Of a stretch of 64,000 nucleotides of DNA, positions 8,721 through 17,574 are shown in pieces; the stretch's first letter is position 1; the number at the start of each line of letters is the position of its first letter. Location of the stretch: the NCBI GenBank assembly GCA_020849535.1, contig JADLGB010000037.1:28814-92813 (forward strand), read 5' to 3'. Origin of the DNA: Candidatus Hydrogenedentota bacterium (lineage in GTDB: Bacteria > Hydrogenedentota > Hydrogenedentia > Hydrogenedentales > SLHB01). Both the position numbers and the translations under genes were made by a program. The notes below the pieces were generated by a model that made no database searches, was not told the origin of the DNA, and was given only the letters and a program-made list of their open reading frames with translations.

Positions 8721-11700
8721 ACAGCACATTCAACCTGGACCCGGAGCTTGCCGCGCGGTTTGTGCTCACGCTCGCGCATTTTGTGTGGCAGGGTGGGGCC
8801 ATTGCTTTGGCGATGGTGGCGGCGGGCGCGGTGCTCAAGCGCGCGTCCGCGCGCTTGAGGTATGGGGTGTTCCTCGCGGCGCTCGCCGCGATGGCGCTGT
8901 GCCCACCGGTGACCTACATGGTGCTGGGGGCGGATGGGAATTATGGGAAGTATGGGAGCTATGGGACCGGGGAGCTGGGCCCGGCAAGCCGGTCCGGCGT
9001 GGCCGGTCAGATCACTTCGGCTGGTGCCGCCAGTCAGCCCAGCGCGAACGATCCTGCCACCCCGTCCACCTCGTCCACCTCGTCCACTCCGTCCACCCCG
9101 TCCACTTCGTCCGCTCCGTCCACTCCGTCCACTCCGTCCGATTCCCATTCGCTCGCGCAAGCGAACGCGCCCGCCAGCGCCCTGGCGCCTGGCCTGCCCC
9201 CTCCCGCTGCCGCGCAAGCGGCAGCCACCTGGCGCGCGTACACGCCGCACCTGGTGCTCGCCTACATCGCGGGCGTGCTGCTCATGCTCGCGCGGCTGGC
9301 GTTGGGCCTCGCAGGCGGGGGACGCCTCCGCAAACGCGCCGAGCGCATCACGGACAACGCAATCCTGGAGGCTCTGCAGCGCCACGCGGCTCAACTGAAA
9401 CTTCGTGCACTCCCCATCGTCGCGTATTGCCAGCGCATCGCAGTGCCGACGGTGGTGGGCGTCATCAGGCCGATGGTGCTGCTTCCAGCATCGCTGGCGT
9501 CCGGCATGCCGCCACAGCAAGTCGAGTTGCTGCTGCTTCACGAACTCGCCCACATCCGGCGCTACGATCATATCGTCAACATCGCGCAACGCCTTATCGA
9601 AGCCGCGCTCTTCTTTCATCCCGCGGTGTGGTACGTGTCGCACCGCATCCGCGTCGAGCGCGAACACTGTTGCGACGACCTCGTTATCGCCCTCGGCGGC
9701 GAGCGTTACGCATACGCCGAGTCCCTCGTGGCCGCCGCGGCGTTGGCCACCGGCATGCGGCTCTCCCCCGCCGCTCTCGCTGCGACGGGAAAACCTTCGC
9801 AACTGCGCCGCCGCATCCATCGCCTCCTCGGCGATCCCCAACCGCCCGTGCGGCTCGTCCGCGGCGGCTGGGTGCTGGCCGTCCTCGCCATCGCCGCTGT
9901 CATCGCAGGCGCCTCGCAGGTCGCCAATCTTGATAGCGATGAGCCGGAGCGCGAAGTCCTTGCTCAGGCGGAAAGCACGACCGATCCTCCGGCAGTTGAA
10001 CCAGTCGCACCGCCAGCGGTGAAACCGGAACCCAAGCCGGCTCCGCCGAAACCAGTTACCGTGCCTGTGGCCGAGAAACCCGCCACAACGACCGATCCCA
10101 ATTCGGTCGAGCCCGCGCCTGAGAGCACCGCGCTTGCCCCCGCGCCTGAGACAAAGGAACTGCAAGACAAGTACAACGAGCTTTCCACGCAGATGGCGGA
10201 CCCTGACTGGTGGCTGCGCAAAGTAGCTGTGCAGCAACTCGGCGATCTGCCGTATCACCCGCACTTCGTCTTCAGCCTCATTCAGGCACTGAAAGACGAA
10301 GACCCACGCGTCCAGGCCGCCGCCGCCGAAGGCTTGGCCAAGCAAGGCGACCCCGACGCCATCAAACATCTGGTGGCCGCGCTAAAAAACGATTCTCAGG
10401 TGCGCGAAGCCGCTTCCGAAGCTCTCACGCGTTTCACACCTGAACAGGTCATGCCGCTCCTCACCCTCGCCTCGCAGGATGAAGACGCACAGGTGTGTGG
10501 CGGCGCGGTGACGGCCCTGGGCAAGCAAAACACGCCGGAAGCCGCGGCGGCGCTGGTTTCGCTGCTTCCCAAATACTATGGGGAGCAAGGGGGGCCGGTG
10601 GCGCCTGTGGCGCGGGTTCGGCCGGGAGTGTCGCGAGGACGGTCAGGTATCTCGCTGGGTCCCGTTGGGAAACTGCTGGCCTCGGCGTTCGGGGACATGG
10701 CTCCCGACATGGCGATGGATTCACTGGACCGCGCCAGCAAGGAAGGAGACTGGAAAACCCGTACCCAAGTCGCGCTAGTGCTTGATGCATCGGGACTGCG
10801 CAATACACAGACTGCTCAATCGATGTTGACGGCATTTCTCGCGGATGAACAAAAGGACGTCCGGGCGGCCGCCGCGCAGGTCTTGGGCAACGCCTTTTCT
10901 GAGTCTGTTGAAAAGGGAACCACTCTCCCATCCGAATTGGTGGCACCGCTAACGCCTTTGCTTCGCGATCCGAATCGTGCGGTGGCATTCCTAGCGGCGT
11001 CTGCGCTCCAGAAAGCGCGCTGGCAACCGGGAAGTCCGGAAGAACGCGCTTGGTACCTTGTCGCTCTGCAGCAGAGCCGCGAGGCTGCATCGTTGGGTCC
11101 CGTGGCGTTCGAGCCATTGGTTCACGCCTTGCAGGCTGATTCCACACCCGCGTTTACTTGTATCGGCAACATGGCAGAAGCCCCCTCCGACGCGATTGAG
11201 GGCCTGTTCCAGCTTGAAGATCCGCGCAAGGTGGATCCATTGATCGCGGCTCTAAAGGGCGCTGATGCCCAGTTGGCACTGAACATTGCGAATATCCTGG
11301 GAGAAACCAAAGCACCACAGGCAGTAGATGCCCTTATCCCGCTGCTCGGTCACGTGGAGGCCAGTGTCCGCGCTACGGCAGCCGAAGCCCTCGGCAAGAT
11401 CAAGGATCCGCGCGCGGTCGATCCGCTCGTGGCCCTGCTTTCGGAAACGGAGCCAAGCATACGGGAGTATGCGGTCATCGCGCTCGGCGAGATTGGCGAT
11501 GTGCGGGCGGCGCCAGCATTGCGGCCCTTCCTCACCGAGGACAAAGGCGTCAGCACAGCCACCGTCGCGAACGCGCTCGGCGGCATCCGCGACCCCGAGA
11601 GCGCGCCACTACTCGCAGCCATCGCGCTGGACCCTGAAAAGAAAGACCGTGAGGCCTGTTGCGAGGCCTTGCAAAAGATCGGCGGCCCAGTGGCGCAAGA

Positions 11701-12817
11701 GACCTTCCTGCGGCTTCTCGGACACGACACCGATGGTAAGATGCGGGCCAAAGCCGCCGAGTTGCTGGGCGAAATCGGCGATCCCGCGGCAGTCACCGCA
11801 CTGAAGGATGCTTTCTTCTTCGACTCAACCATTGCAGTGCAGGACAGTACTATCGCCGCATTGGGAGAGATTGACGGTCCGGCTGCCGTGAATGCACTGA
11901 GCATGGGCTATGATTACGCACTCGCCAACTTGCACGATGGCAAAACAGAAGCCTGGCCATTTGTGAAAGCCTTGATGAATAACACTGACCCGTCCGCAAT
12001 GGATACCATGGTTCGCCTAGCCGACCGCGATGGCAGTCCCAAGCTACGCTTCCGCGTTGCCCAGGTGTTGGCCGAGCGCGGCGATCCGCGCGCGGTGCCA
12101 ATGTTGCAGGATTTGCGCAACCAGCCCGAAACCCGAATCGACGCAACCAACACCCTGGAGAAGCTGGAGGGACAGCCCAGCGCCCCGGAGCAGCCAAGCA
12201 CCAACGCTTCGCCAGACACCCCCAGCGAAGCTGCTCCGTCCGATCCGTCCGATCCGTCCGATCCGTCCGATTCCGCACCGAAAACCTCGCAGCTTGCCGG
12301 ACCGCGGCTGCAATTCCGCTGGGTTCTCGAGGGACCCACTCTGGCCGCGCCCACGGAATCTGAACCGGACCGCACCCTGGCGGTGGCGGATGAAATGGTG
12401 TTGACCGAAGGGGACATTGCGAGTGCCGAAGTCCAGAAGGACCCCAGTTCCGAATACTTCCAAGTCCTTTTTCAGACAACCGAGGATGGGGCCAAGAAAC
12501 TGAAATCCGCTACCGAGGGCAATCTCTCGCGCAAATTGGCGATCGTATTTGATGGGCGCGTGCTCAGCGCGCCGGTGGTCAGGGCCCCTATCGGTTCGTC
12601 CGGCGCCATCACGGGCAATCTGTCGGAAGTGGAGGCCCATGCTATCGCGGACGCCATCACGAGCAAGAGGAAGGCGGATTCACTGCCAGAGCCGATTCTC
12701 TACGACAAGCTATTGCCGCTCCATCCGGTAGAAGCGAGGGAGACGTTTCCAATTACGATCGCCGATCCGGAAGCCGTTGAGCCAAAGAAGGCCGAAACGG
12801 AAGGAACTCAGCAGTAA
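8717..12817 (+). CDS. BlaR1-type M56 metallopeptidase sensor fused to HEAT-repeat array and SecD-P1-head-like C-terminal domain
   Basis: N-terminal TM helices. Zinc motif LLLHELAHIRRYDH. Pro/Ser/Thr linkers. Many PBS-lyase/HEAT-like repeats (ASVRATAAEALGKIKDPRAVDPLVALL, PSIREYAVIALGEIGD, KMRAKAAELLGEIGDPAAV, LRFRVAQVLAERGDPRAVPML). C-terminal KLAIVFDGRVLSAPVVRAPIGSSGAITGNLSEVEAHAIADAI. Confidence 0.75.
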   Translation: MNSTFNLDPELAARFVLTLAHFVWQGGAIALAMVAAGAVLKRASARLRYGVFLAALAAMALCPPVTYMVLGADGNYGKYGSYGTGELGPASRSGVAGQITSAGAASQPSANDPATPSTSSTSSTPSTPSTSSAPSTPSTPSDSHSLAQANAPASALAPGLPPPAAAQAAATWRAYTPHLVLAYIAGVLLMLARLALGLAGGGRLRKRAERITDNAILEALQRHAAQLKLRALPIVAYCQRIAVPTVVGVIRPMVLLPASLASGMPPQQVELLLLHELAHIRRYDHIVNIAQRLIEAALFFHPAVWYVSHRIRVEREHCCDDLVIALGGERYAYAESLVAAAALATGMRLSPAALAATGKPSQLRRRIHRLLGDPQPPVRLVRGGWVLAVLAIAAVIAGASQVANLDSDEPEREVLAQAESTTDPPAVEPVAPPAVKPEPKPAPPKPVTVPVAEKPATTTDPNSVEPAPESTALAPAPETKELQDKYNELSTQMADPDWWLRKVAVQQLGDLPYHPHFVFSLIQALKDEDPRVQAAAAEGLAKQGDPDAIKHLVAALKNDSQVREAASEALTRFTPEQVMPLLTLASQDEDAQVCGGAVTALGKQNTPEAAAALVSLLPKYYGEQGGPVAPVARVRPGVSRGRSGISLGPVGKLLASAFGDMAPDMAMDSLDRASKEGDWKTRTQVALVLDASGLRNTQTAQSMLTAFLADEQKDVRAAAAQVLGNAFSESVEKGTTLPSELVAPLTPLLRDPNRAVAFLAASALQKARWQPGSPEERAWYLVALQQSREAASLGPVAFEPLVHALQADSTPAFTCIGNMAEAPSDAIEGLFQLEDPRKVDPLIAALKGADAQLALNIANILGETKAPQAVDALIPLLGHVEASVRATAAEALGKIKDPRAVDPLVALLSETEPSIREYAVIALGEIGDVRAAPALRPFLTEDKGVSTATVANALGGIRDPESAPLLAAIALDPEKKDREACCEALQKIGGPVAQETFLRLLGHDTDGKMRAKAAELLGEIGDPAAVTALKDAFFFDSTIAVQDSTIAALGEIDGPAAVNALSMGYDYALANLHDGKTEAWPFVKALMNNTDPSAMDTMVRLADRDGSPKLRFRVAQVLAERGDPRAVPMLQDLRNQPETRIDATNTLEKLEGQPSAPEQPSTNASPDTPSEAAPSDPSDPSDPSDSAPKTSQLAGPRLQFRWVLEGPTLAAPTESEPDRTLAVADEMVLTEGDIASAEVQKDPSSEYFQVLFQTTEDGAKKLKSATEGNLSRKLAIVFDGRVLSAPVVRAPIGSSGAITGNLSEVEAHAIADAITSKRKADSLPEPILYDKLLPLHPVEARETFPITIADPEAVEPKKAETEGTQQ
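9062..9142 (+). repeat. In-frame 9-nt tandem repeat (CCGTCCACY x9) encoding a PST linker
   Basis: ccgtccacc/tcgtccacc/tcgtccact... read directly. Encodes PSTSSTSSTPSTPSTSSAPSTPSTPSD inside the BlaR1-like gene. Confidence 0.85.
12236..12271 (+). repeat. In-frame 9-nt tandem repeat (CCGTCCGAT x4) encoding PSDPSDPSDPSD
   Basis: Four identical units read directly. Same unit family as the repeat at 9062-9142. Confidence 0.85.
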
Positions 12818-13284
12818 TCCTGCTGGCTCTTCCTTCGGATCGATCGGAAGAACTCCGTCAGCATGGCGCCGCATTCGTCGGCGAGGAGGCCAGGGAAGAC
12901 TTGGGGCCGGTGGTTGAACCGCGTGTCTTCGAGCAGGTTCATGAGCGACCCGCAGGTCCCCGCCTTGGGGTCGTAGGCCCCGAAGTAGACCTCGGGGATG
13001 CGCGCCAGGATAATCGCGCCCGAGCACATGGCGCAGGGCTCCAGCGTCACGAATAGCTTCGTCTCTTCCAGGCGCCAGCTACCCAGCCTGTTCGCGGCCT
13101 GGGTGATGGCGAGGATCTCGGCGTGGGCGGTGGGGTCCTGCAACATCTCTCGCTGGTTGTGGGCCTTCCCGATGATCTGGCCGTCGTAAATGATCACGCA
13201 ACCGACGGGCACCTCCCCCGCTTCCTGGGCCCGCTGCGCTTCCCGAATGGCATACTGCATGTACCGCGTGTTGTCGTCCAGCAT
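12808..13284 (-). CDS. tadA: tRNA adenosine(34) deaminase
   Basis: CDA-fold zinc motifs HAEILAI and PCAMCSGAI. 158 aa. 3' end overlaps the convergent BlaR1-like gene by 10 nt. Confidence 0.85.
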   Translation of the reverse strand: MLDDNTRYMQYAIREAQRAQEAGEVPVGCVIIYDGQIIGKAHNQREMLQDPTAHAEILAITQAANRLGSWRLEETKLFVTLEPCAMCSGAIILARIPEVYFGAYDPKAGTCGSLMNLLEDTRFNHRPQVFPGLLADECGAMLTEFFRSIRRKSQQDYC

Positions 13285-13353
13285 AGGCGGCGATTCTGGG
13301 ATATGCCGCCGGTCAAGTCAAGTCTTTGGGGCAAGCGCAGTGCTCCGCAACAA

Positions 13354-13574
13354 GTAGGGCGGGATTTGTTCCCGCCTTCTTAGTCTCCTTATCGTAATTC
13401 GGAGGACAACCCGGCACTCGCATCAGCGTCATGCCCAACCAGGAGCACCGGCATCCTTGCCGGCTCTTCAGGCACATCCGAAGGCACGATTCGCCGTCGC
13501 GACCTCGGCACTTGAAGTCCTGGACCGCATTGAATCCCGTCTCGTGAAGAAGGCGGGAACAAATCCCGCCCTAC
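13354..13574. repeat. Perfect 28-bp inverted repeat pair flanking a 165-bp spacer (MITE/REP-like)
   Basis: GTAGGGCGGGATTTGTTCCCGCCTTCTT at 13354-13381 and its exact reverse complement at 13547-13574. Each arm contains its own GGCGGGA-N5-TCCCGCC hairpin. Confidence 0.7.
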
Positions 13575-13605
13575 GAAGAAGTCCATGGTATGATCGTATA
13601 CGGAA

Positions 13606-13822
13606 GGGACTGACGCCGTCTTTCGCGCAGGCTTCGCGCGCCGAGACTCACTTCTCGGCAGCGAAACACGGTGTCTGTCCCTATCCGGGAGTTGCACACA
13701 TGAAAACCATCGTCGCAGCCGCCAAAGGGGACTGACGCCGTCTTTCGCGCAGGCTCGGCGGAGCGAAACACGGTGTCTGTCCCTGGCCAGGAGTAGCACA
13801 CATGAAAACCATCGTCGCAGCC
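13606..13822 (+). repeat. Tandem duplication of the usp leader plus its first seven codons
   Basis: Copy A 13606-13720 and copy B 13728-13822 share GGGACTGACGCCGTCTTTCGCGCAGGC...GCGAAACACGGTGTCTGTCCCT...CACACATGAAAACCATCGTCGCAGCC. Copy A has a ~20-nt hairpin insertion and ends in an 11-codon ORF MKTIVAAAKGD*. Confidence 0.75.
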
Positions 13823-14242
13823 TTGGACTTCTCGGAGGCCACCGAGCACGTGCTGTCCGTGGCGGCGGACCTCGCCAAAACGGCCGGCGGCAGCCTCTAC
13901 CTGCTGCACGTCGAGGCGCCGGACCCCGAGTTCGTGGGGTATGAACCCGGCCCGCAGCATGTGCGGAACCAAGTAGCCCGCGCCATCGCGGAGGACCGCC
14001 ATGAGATTACCGCCCTGCGGGATCGCCTCAAAGGCGAAGGTATTGACGCGCACTGCATCGTATTGCAGGGTCCCACGATCGAGAAGATCGCCGACGAAGC
14101 GGCGCGCCTGCACGCGGACTGCATCGTCGTGGGCTCTCACGGACACGGCGCACTGCACCATCTCGTGCTCGGCAGCGTCAGCGCGGGTCTCATCCGCCGC
14201 GCGGCGTGTCCGGTTCTCGTCGTGCCGCGCGGCAGCGAGTGA
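13802..14242 (+). CDS. Universal stress protein (UspA family)
   Basis: 146 aa. MKTIVAALDFSE start and C-terminal VVGSHGHGALHHLVLGSVSAGLIRRAACPVLVV ATP-binding-type motif. Confidence 0.8.
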   Translation: MKTIVAALDFSEATEHVLSVAADLAKTAGGSLYLLHVEAPDPEFVGYEPGPQHVRNQVARAIAEDRHEITALRDRLKGEGIDAHCIVLQGPTIEKIADEAARLHADCIVVGSHGHGALHHLVLGSVSAGLIRRAACPVLVVPRGSE

Positions 14243-14312
14243 TCACGCGTAAACCGCGCTCCCATGCTTGCGAGGTCGGGGCCAGCACCTTCTGGTACTC
14301 AGGCAACTGCGT

Positions 14313-15122
14313 TCAATCCGCCTCGCGCAGGAGTCGAAATCCGAGGGCCGGATGAATCGTGTTGGGCCCCTCGTAGTTACGATTGCCTGACCGGCATTGG
14401 GTGACGACTTGTCCCCAGTCTCCGCCACGAATCACGCGCTGCGTACCGGTTTCGGGTCCCTGCGGATCCGTGACTGGTTCGAGGGAATCGGACAGATAGA
14501 AGTCTGCGTCGTACCAGTCTTGGCACCACTCCCACACGTTGCCCGACATGTCGTAGAGTCCCCAATCGTTGGGGAGCTTCTCCCCAACGGGGTGGTGCTG
14601 CCCCGAACTGTTCAGGCCGTGCCACGCATAGTTGTTGGCCTCGACATCGCCCGGATCGTCTCCCCAATAGTACCGCGTATAGGTGCCCGCGCGGCAGGCG
14701 TATTCCCATTCCGCTTCCGTGGGCAGACGATAAGTGACCGTTGATTTCGTGTAGTTCAAATACACCAAGAACTGACGGACGTCCTCCCAAGTGATATACT
14801 CGACAGGATTGTTCGCACCCACAAATTGAGAGGGATTGGCGCCCATAACCTCTTCCCATTGCGCTTGGGTGATTTCATATTTCGAGAGCCAGAATCCTTT
14901 GGTAAGCGTGACCGCGCGGGGCCATTCATCGCCGTGACGTCCCGTCTCGTAGATGTTTGTTCCCATGACGAAGGTGCCCGGCGGGCACCACTGGAACTCG
15001 ATGCCGTCGAAGGTCCGCGTCTCGCCCGCCACGGGAGAGCCAGACTGCACGGGACATCCTGAAAGGACCGGACCGGCAGCAATGCAGACCGCCATGCAGA
15101 GATATTGCGAGAGGTTCTTCAC
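14313..15122 (-). CDS. Formylglycine-generating-enzyme (SUMF1/FGE-sulfatase) family lipoprotein
   Basis: Lipobox-like MAVCIAAGPVLSGC. GNVWEWCQDWY and RVIRGGDW motifs typical of the family. Confidence 0.8.
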   Translation of the reverse strand: MKNLSQYLCMAVCIAAGPVLSGCPVQSGSPVAGETRTFDGIEFQWCPPGTFVMGTNIYETGRHGDEWPRAVTLTKGFWLSKYEITQAQWEEVMGANPSQFVGANNPVEYITWEDVRQFLVYLNYTKSTVTYRLPTEAEWEYACRAGTYTRYYWGDDPGDVEANNYAWHGLNSSGQHHPVGEKLPNDWGLYDMSGNVWEWCQDWYDADFYLSDSLEPVTDPQGPETGTQRVIRGGDWGQVVTQCRSGNRNYEGPNTIHPALGFRLLREAD

Positions 15123-15527
15123 GAATTCGTCTCCTTACATTCCGATGAATTGGCTCCGCGGAAACACGGTTACGCCCGGAGTCCAGCCACCAATGGCATT
15201 TGCCTCGCGCCTTGCAGAGATACGAGGACGAACCAGCAATAGTACTGCTGTCACTGCTGCCCGTTACTTATAACATACACACAAGTGCCTTTGCAAAAAG
15301 CGCGTGGGTGGCGCCGGATACTCCCCAATTGCCGTTTCCGTAGTGTCCGCGAGCCGTTTTTGAATTCGGGCGCTCGGAAACCTACAATATTTCTCTATTC
15401 CGCATGCCGGGCGCATGTATGCGCATGGGGCCTTCCATTTAGTGAAACACATGACCTCACATTCGGGATTGATCGGGTGTGAGGCCATTACAGGCAGCCG
15501 ACGCGACAGGGACGGACTGGAGTTTGA

Positions 15528-16829
15528 ATGAGACGCAATATCGTACATATGGGCGCGGGGAGCCTCAGCTACGAAATCCGGGAAATTGTAGCGGTCGCGA
15601 GACAGATTAGCGCCGCAGGCCAGGAAATCACCTGGGAGAATATCGGCGATCCCGTTCAGAAAGGTGAGAAAGTCGAGCCGTGGATGCGGGAAGTCATCCA
15701 CGATCTCGTCGACCGGAACGAGTCGTGGGCGTACTGCGATTCGGCGGGCGTACCTGCGACTCGTGAGTTCCTTGCGTCGCACGTGAACGCGCGGCCGGGC
15801 GGCGTGCAGATCACCTCCGACGACATCATGTTCTTCAATGGGCTGGGGGATGCCGTCGCGAAGGTCTACGGCTTTCTCCGGCGAGAGGCGCGCATCCTGG
15901 GTCCGTCGCCCGCCTACAGCACGCACTCCTCCGCTGAGGCGGCGCACTCGGGCTACAACCACGTCACCTACAACCTCGACCCGTACAACGGGTGGATGCC
16001 CGATGTGGACGACATCCGCAACAAGGTGAAGTACAACGATTCCATCGCGGGGATCCTGGTCTTGTCTCCGGACAATCCGACAGGGGCGGTGTACTCGCGG
16101 GAACTGGTCGAAGAGATCGCGGCGATCGCGCGCGAACACAAGCTGTTCATGATCACGGACGAAATCTACGTGCACATCGTGTACAACGGCAGTCCGCGCA
16201 TGCACTTGAGCGAGTGGATTGGCGATGTGCCGGCGCTGGCGATGCGCGGCATCAGCAAGGAGTACCCGTGGCCAGGCTCGCGGTGCGGGTGGCTGGAAGT
16301 CCTTAACAAAAACAAGGACGAGAACTTCGCCACGTATGTCAACAGCCTGCTGGCGGCGAAGCGGCTGGAAGTGTCGTCCACGACCTTGCCGCAGATGTCC
16401 ATTCCCCGCATCATGGGAGACCCCCGATACCAGGCGCACTTGGCCCGGCGTGAAGAACTGTTCAGCACGCGCGCGGATGAGGCCATGAAAGCCTTTGAAA
16501 GTTGCGACGAAGTCATCACGAACAAGCCGGGCGGCGCCTTCTACTTCACGGTGATGTTCAAGCCGGGCGTGCTGAATGACCGCCAGACGCTGCCCATTGA
16601 AAACACGGCGATCCGGTCGAAGATCGAGGGACTGGTGAAGAACGTCGCGCCGGACAAACGCTTTGTATATTACCTCATGGGCGCGACGGGGATCGTGGTG
16701 GTACCCCTGACGGGCTTCCAAAGCACGCACGATGGGTTCCGCATGACCCTGCTGGAATCGGATGACGCCAAGCGGGCGTGGATCTTCAAGACCTTGCGGG
16801 AATCGATTGCAGCGTATATCAATTCGTGA
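15528..16829 (+). CDS. Class I/II PLP-dependent aminotransferase (alanine/aspartate aminotransferase-like)
   Basis: GGAG RBS. 433 aa. PLP-lysine region RGISKEYPWPGSRCGW. SPDNPTG motif. Confidence 0.75.
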   Translation: MRRNIVHMGAGSLSYEIREIVAVARQISAAGQEITWENIGDPVQKGEKVEPWMREVIHDLVDRNESWAYCDSAGVPATREFLASHVNARPGGVQITSDDIMFFNGLGDAVAKVYGFLRREARILGPSPAYSTHSSAEAAHSGYNHVTYNLDPYNGWMPDVDDIRNKVKYNDSIAGILVLSPDNPTGAVYSRELVEEIAAIAREHKLFMITDEIYVHIVYNGSPRMHLSEWIGDVPALAMRGISKEYPWPGSRCGWLEVLNKNKDENFATYVNSLLAAKRLEVSSTTLPQMSIPRIMGDPRYQAHLARREELFSTRADEAMKAFESCDEVITNKPGGAFYFTVMFKPGVLNDRQTLPIENTAIRSKIEGLVKNVAPDKRFVYYLMGATGIVVVPLTGFQSTHDGFRMTLLESDDAKRAWIFKTLRESIAAYINS

Positions 16830-16966
16830 GGGCACGGACGATTCTTTGCGGGTGCGTTGACAGTCACATTACGCATACACTATGCTTGAGATAGGCGCAA
16901 GAACACGGGTGTTCTGTCGCTGAGAGCCTGGAGTGCTGGGGGCATTCCCTGGGGAAAGGCGGCGGC

Positions 16967-17572
16967 ATGTTTACGGTGTATCTGGTCTGCGGTGCGGTGG
17001 GCTCGGCCATTCTGATCGTGCAGCTCATCATGAGCTTCATCGGCTTCGAACATGGCGTTGATGCCGATGCCGGGCACGTCGAATTCGGGGGAGACCACGG
17101 CGGCGATGTCCACGGCGACACGCATGCCGATGGCCACGATGACAGTTCCCACTTCCTGGGCGTCTTGAGTTTCAGGGCACTCAGCGCCGCATGCGCGTTC
17201 TTCGGCCTTTCCGGACTGGCCGCATCGGGGTCCGGGTTCTCCTTCCTGATTTCCCTGGCCATCGCAGTCGGCGCTGGCGTGTTCGCCATGTACCTTGTGG
17301 CGTGGCTCATGCGCGCCCTCAGCAGCCTTCGCTCGGAAGGCAACGTGCACATCGAATGCGCCCTGGGCTGTGTCGGCACCGTATATCTCGACGTTCCGGA
17401 AGAGAATGAAGGTCTCGGCAAAGTGCTGGTCATGGTTCAAAATCGCACCATGGAATATGAGGCGCGCTGCGCCCGAGGGGCGCTTCCCACAGGCACGCCG
17501 GTGCGGATCGTGGATGTGCTGGATAACAACACGGTGCAGGTGGAACCTGTAAGCAACTCCGAAGGGGACTAA
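16967..17572 (+). CDS. NfeD/YqiJ-like membrane protein
   Basis: N-terminal TM helices. C-terminal OB-like GTVYLDVPEENEGLGKVLVMVQNRTMEYEARCA...GTPVRIVDV. Immediately upstream of a flotillin gene (classic NfeD-SPFH pairing). Confidence 0.6.
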   Translation: MFTVYLVCGAVGSAILIVQLIMSFIGFEHGVDADAGHVEFGGDHGGDVHGDTHADGHDDSSHFLGVLSFRALSAACAFFGLSGLAASGSGFSFLISLAIAVGAGVFAMYLVAWLMRALSSLRSEGNVHIECALGCVGTVYLDVPEENEGLGKVLVMVQNRTMEYEARCARGALPTGTPVRIVDVLDNNTVQVEPVSNSEGD

Positions 17573-17574
17573 TC

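Noticed and set aside
9062-9142. Short-period direct repeats considered as a possible CRISPR-like or microsatellite array
   Set aside because: The period is 9 nt with no spacers, in frame inside a coding sequence, encoding a PST linker. The same applies to 12236-12271.
8537-10369. 610-aa minus-strand ORF and the 442-aa +2-frame ORF (8605..9933) across the blaI/blaR1 region
   Set aside because: Both are extremely Arg/Gly-rich with GRSGRSGRGGR runs that are simply the PST-repeat read in other frames. The M56 motif HELAHIRRYDH fixes the real frame.
15264-16835. 523-aa minus-strand ORF opposite the aminotransferase gene
   Set aside because: No motifs, Arg/His/Val-rich. The plus-strand frame has the PLP-lysine and SPDNPTG motifs plus an RBS.
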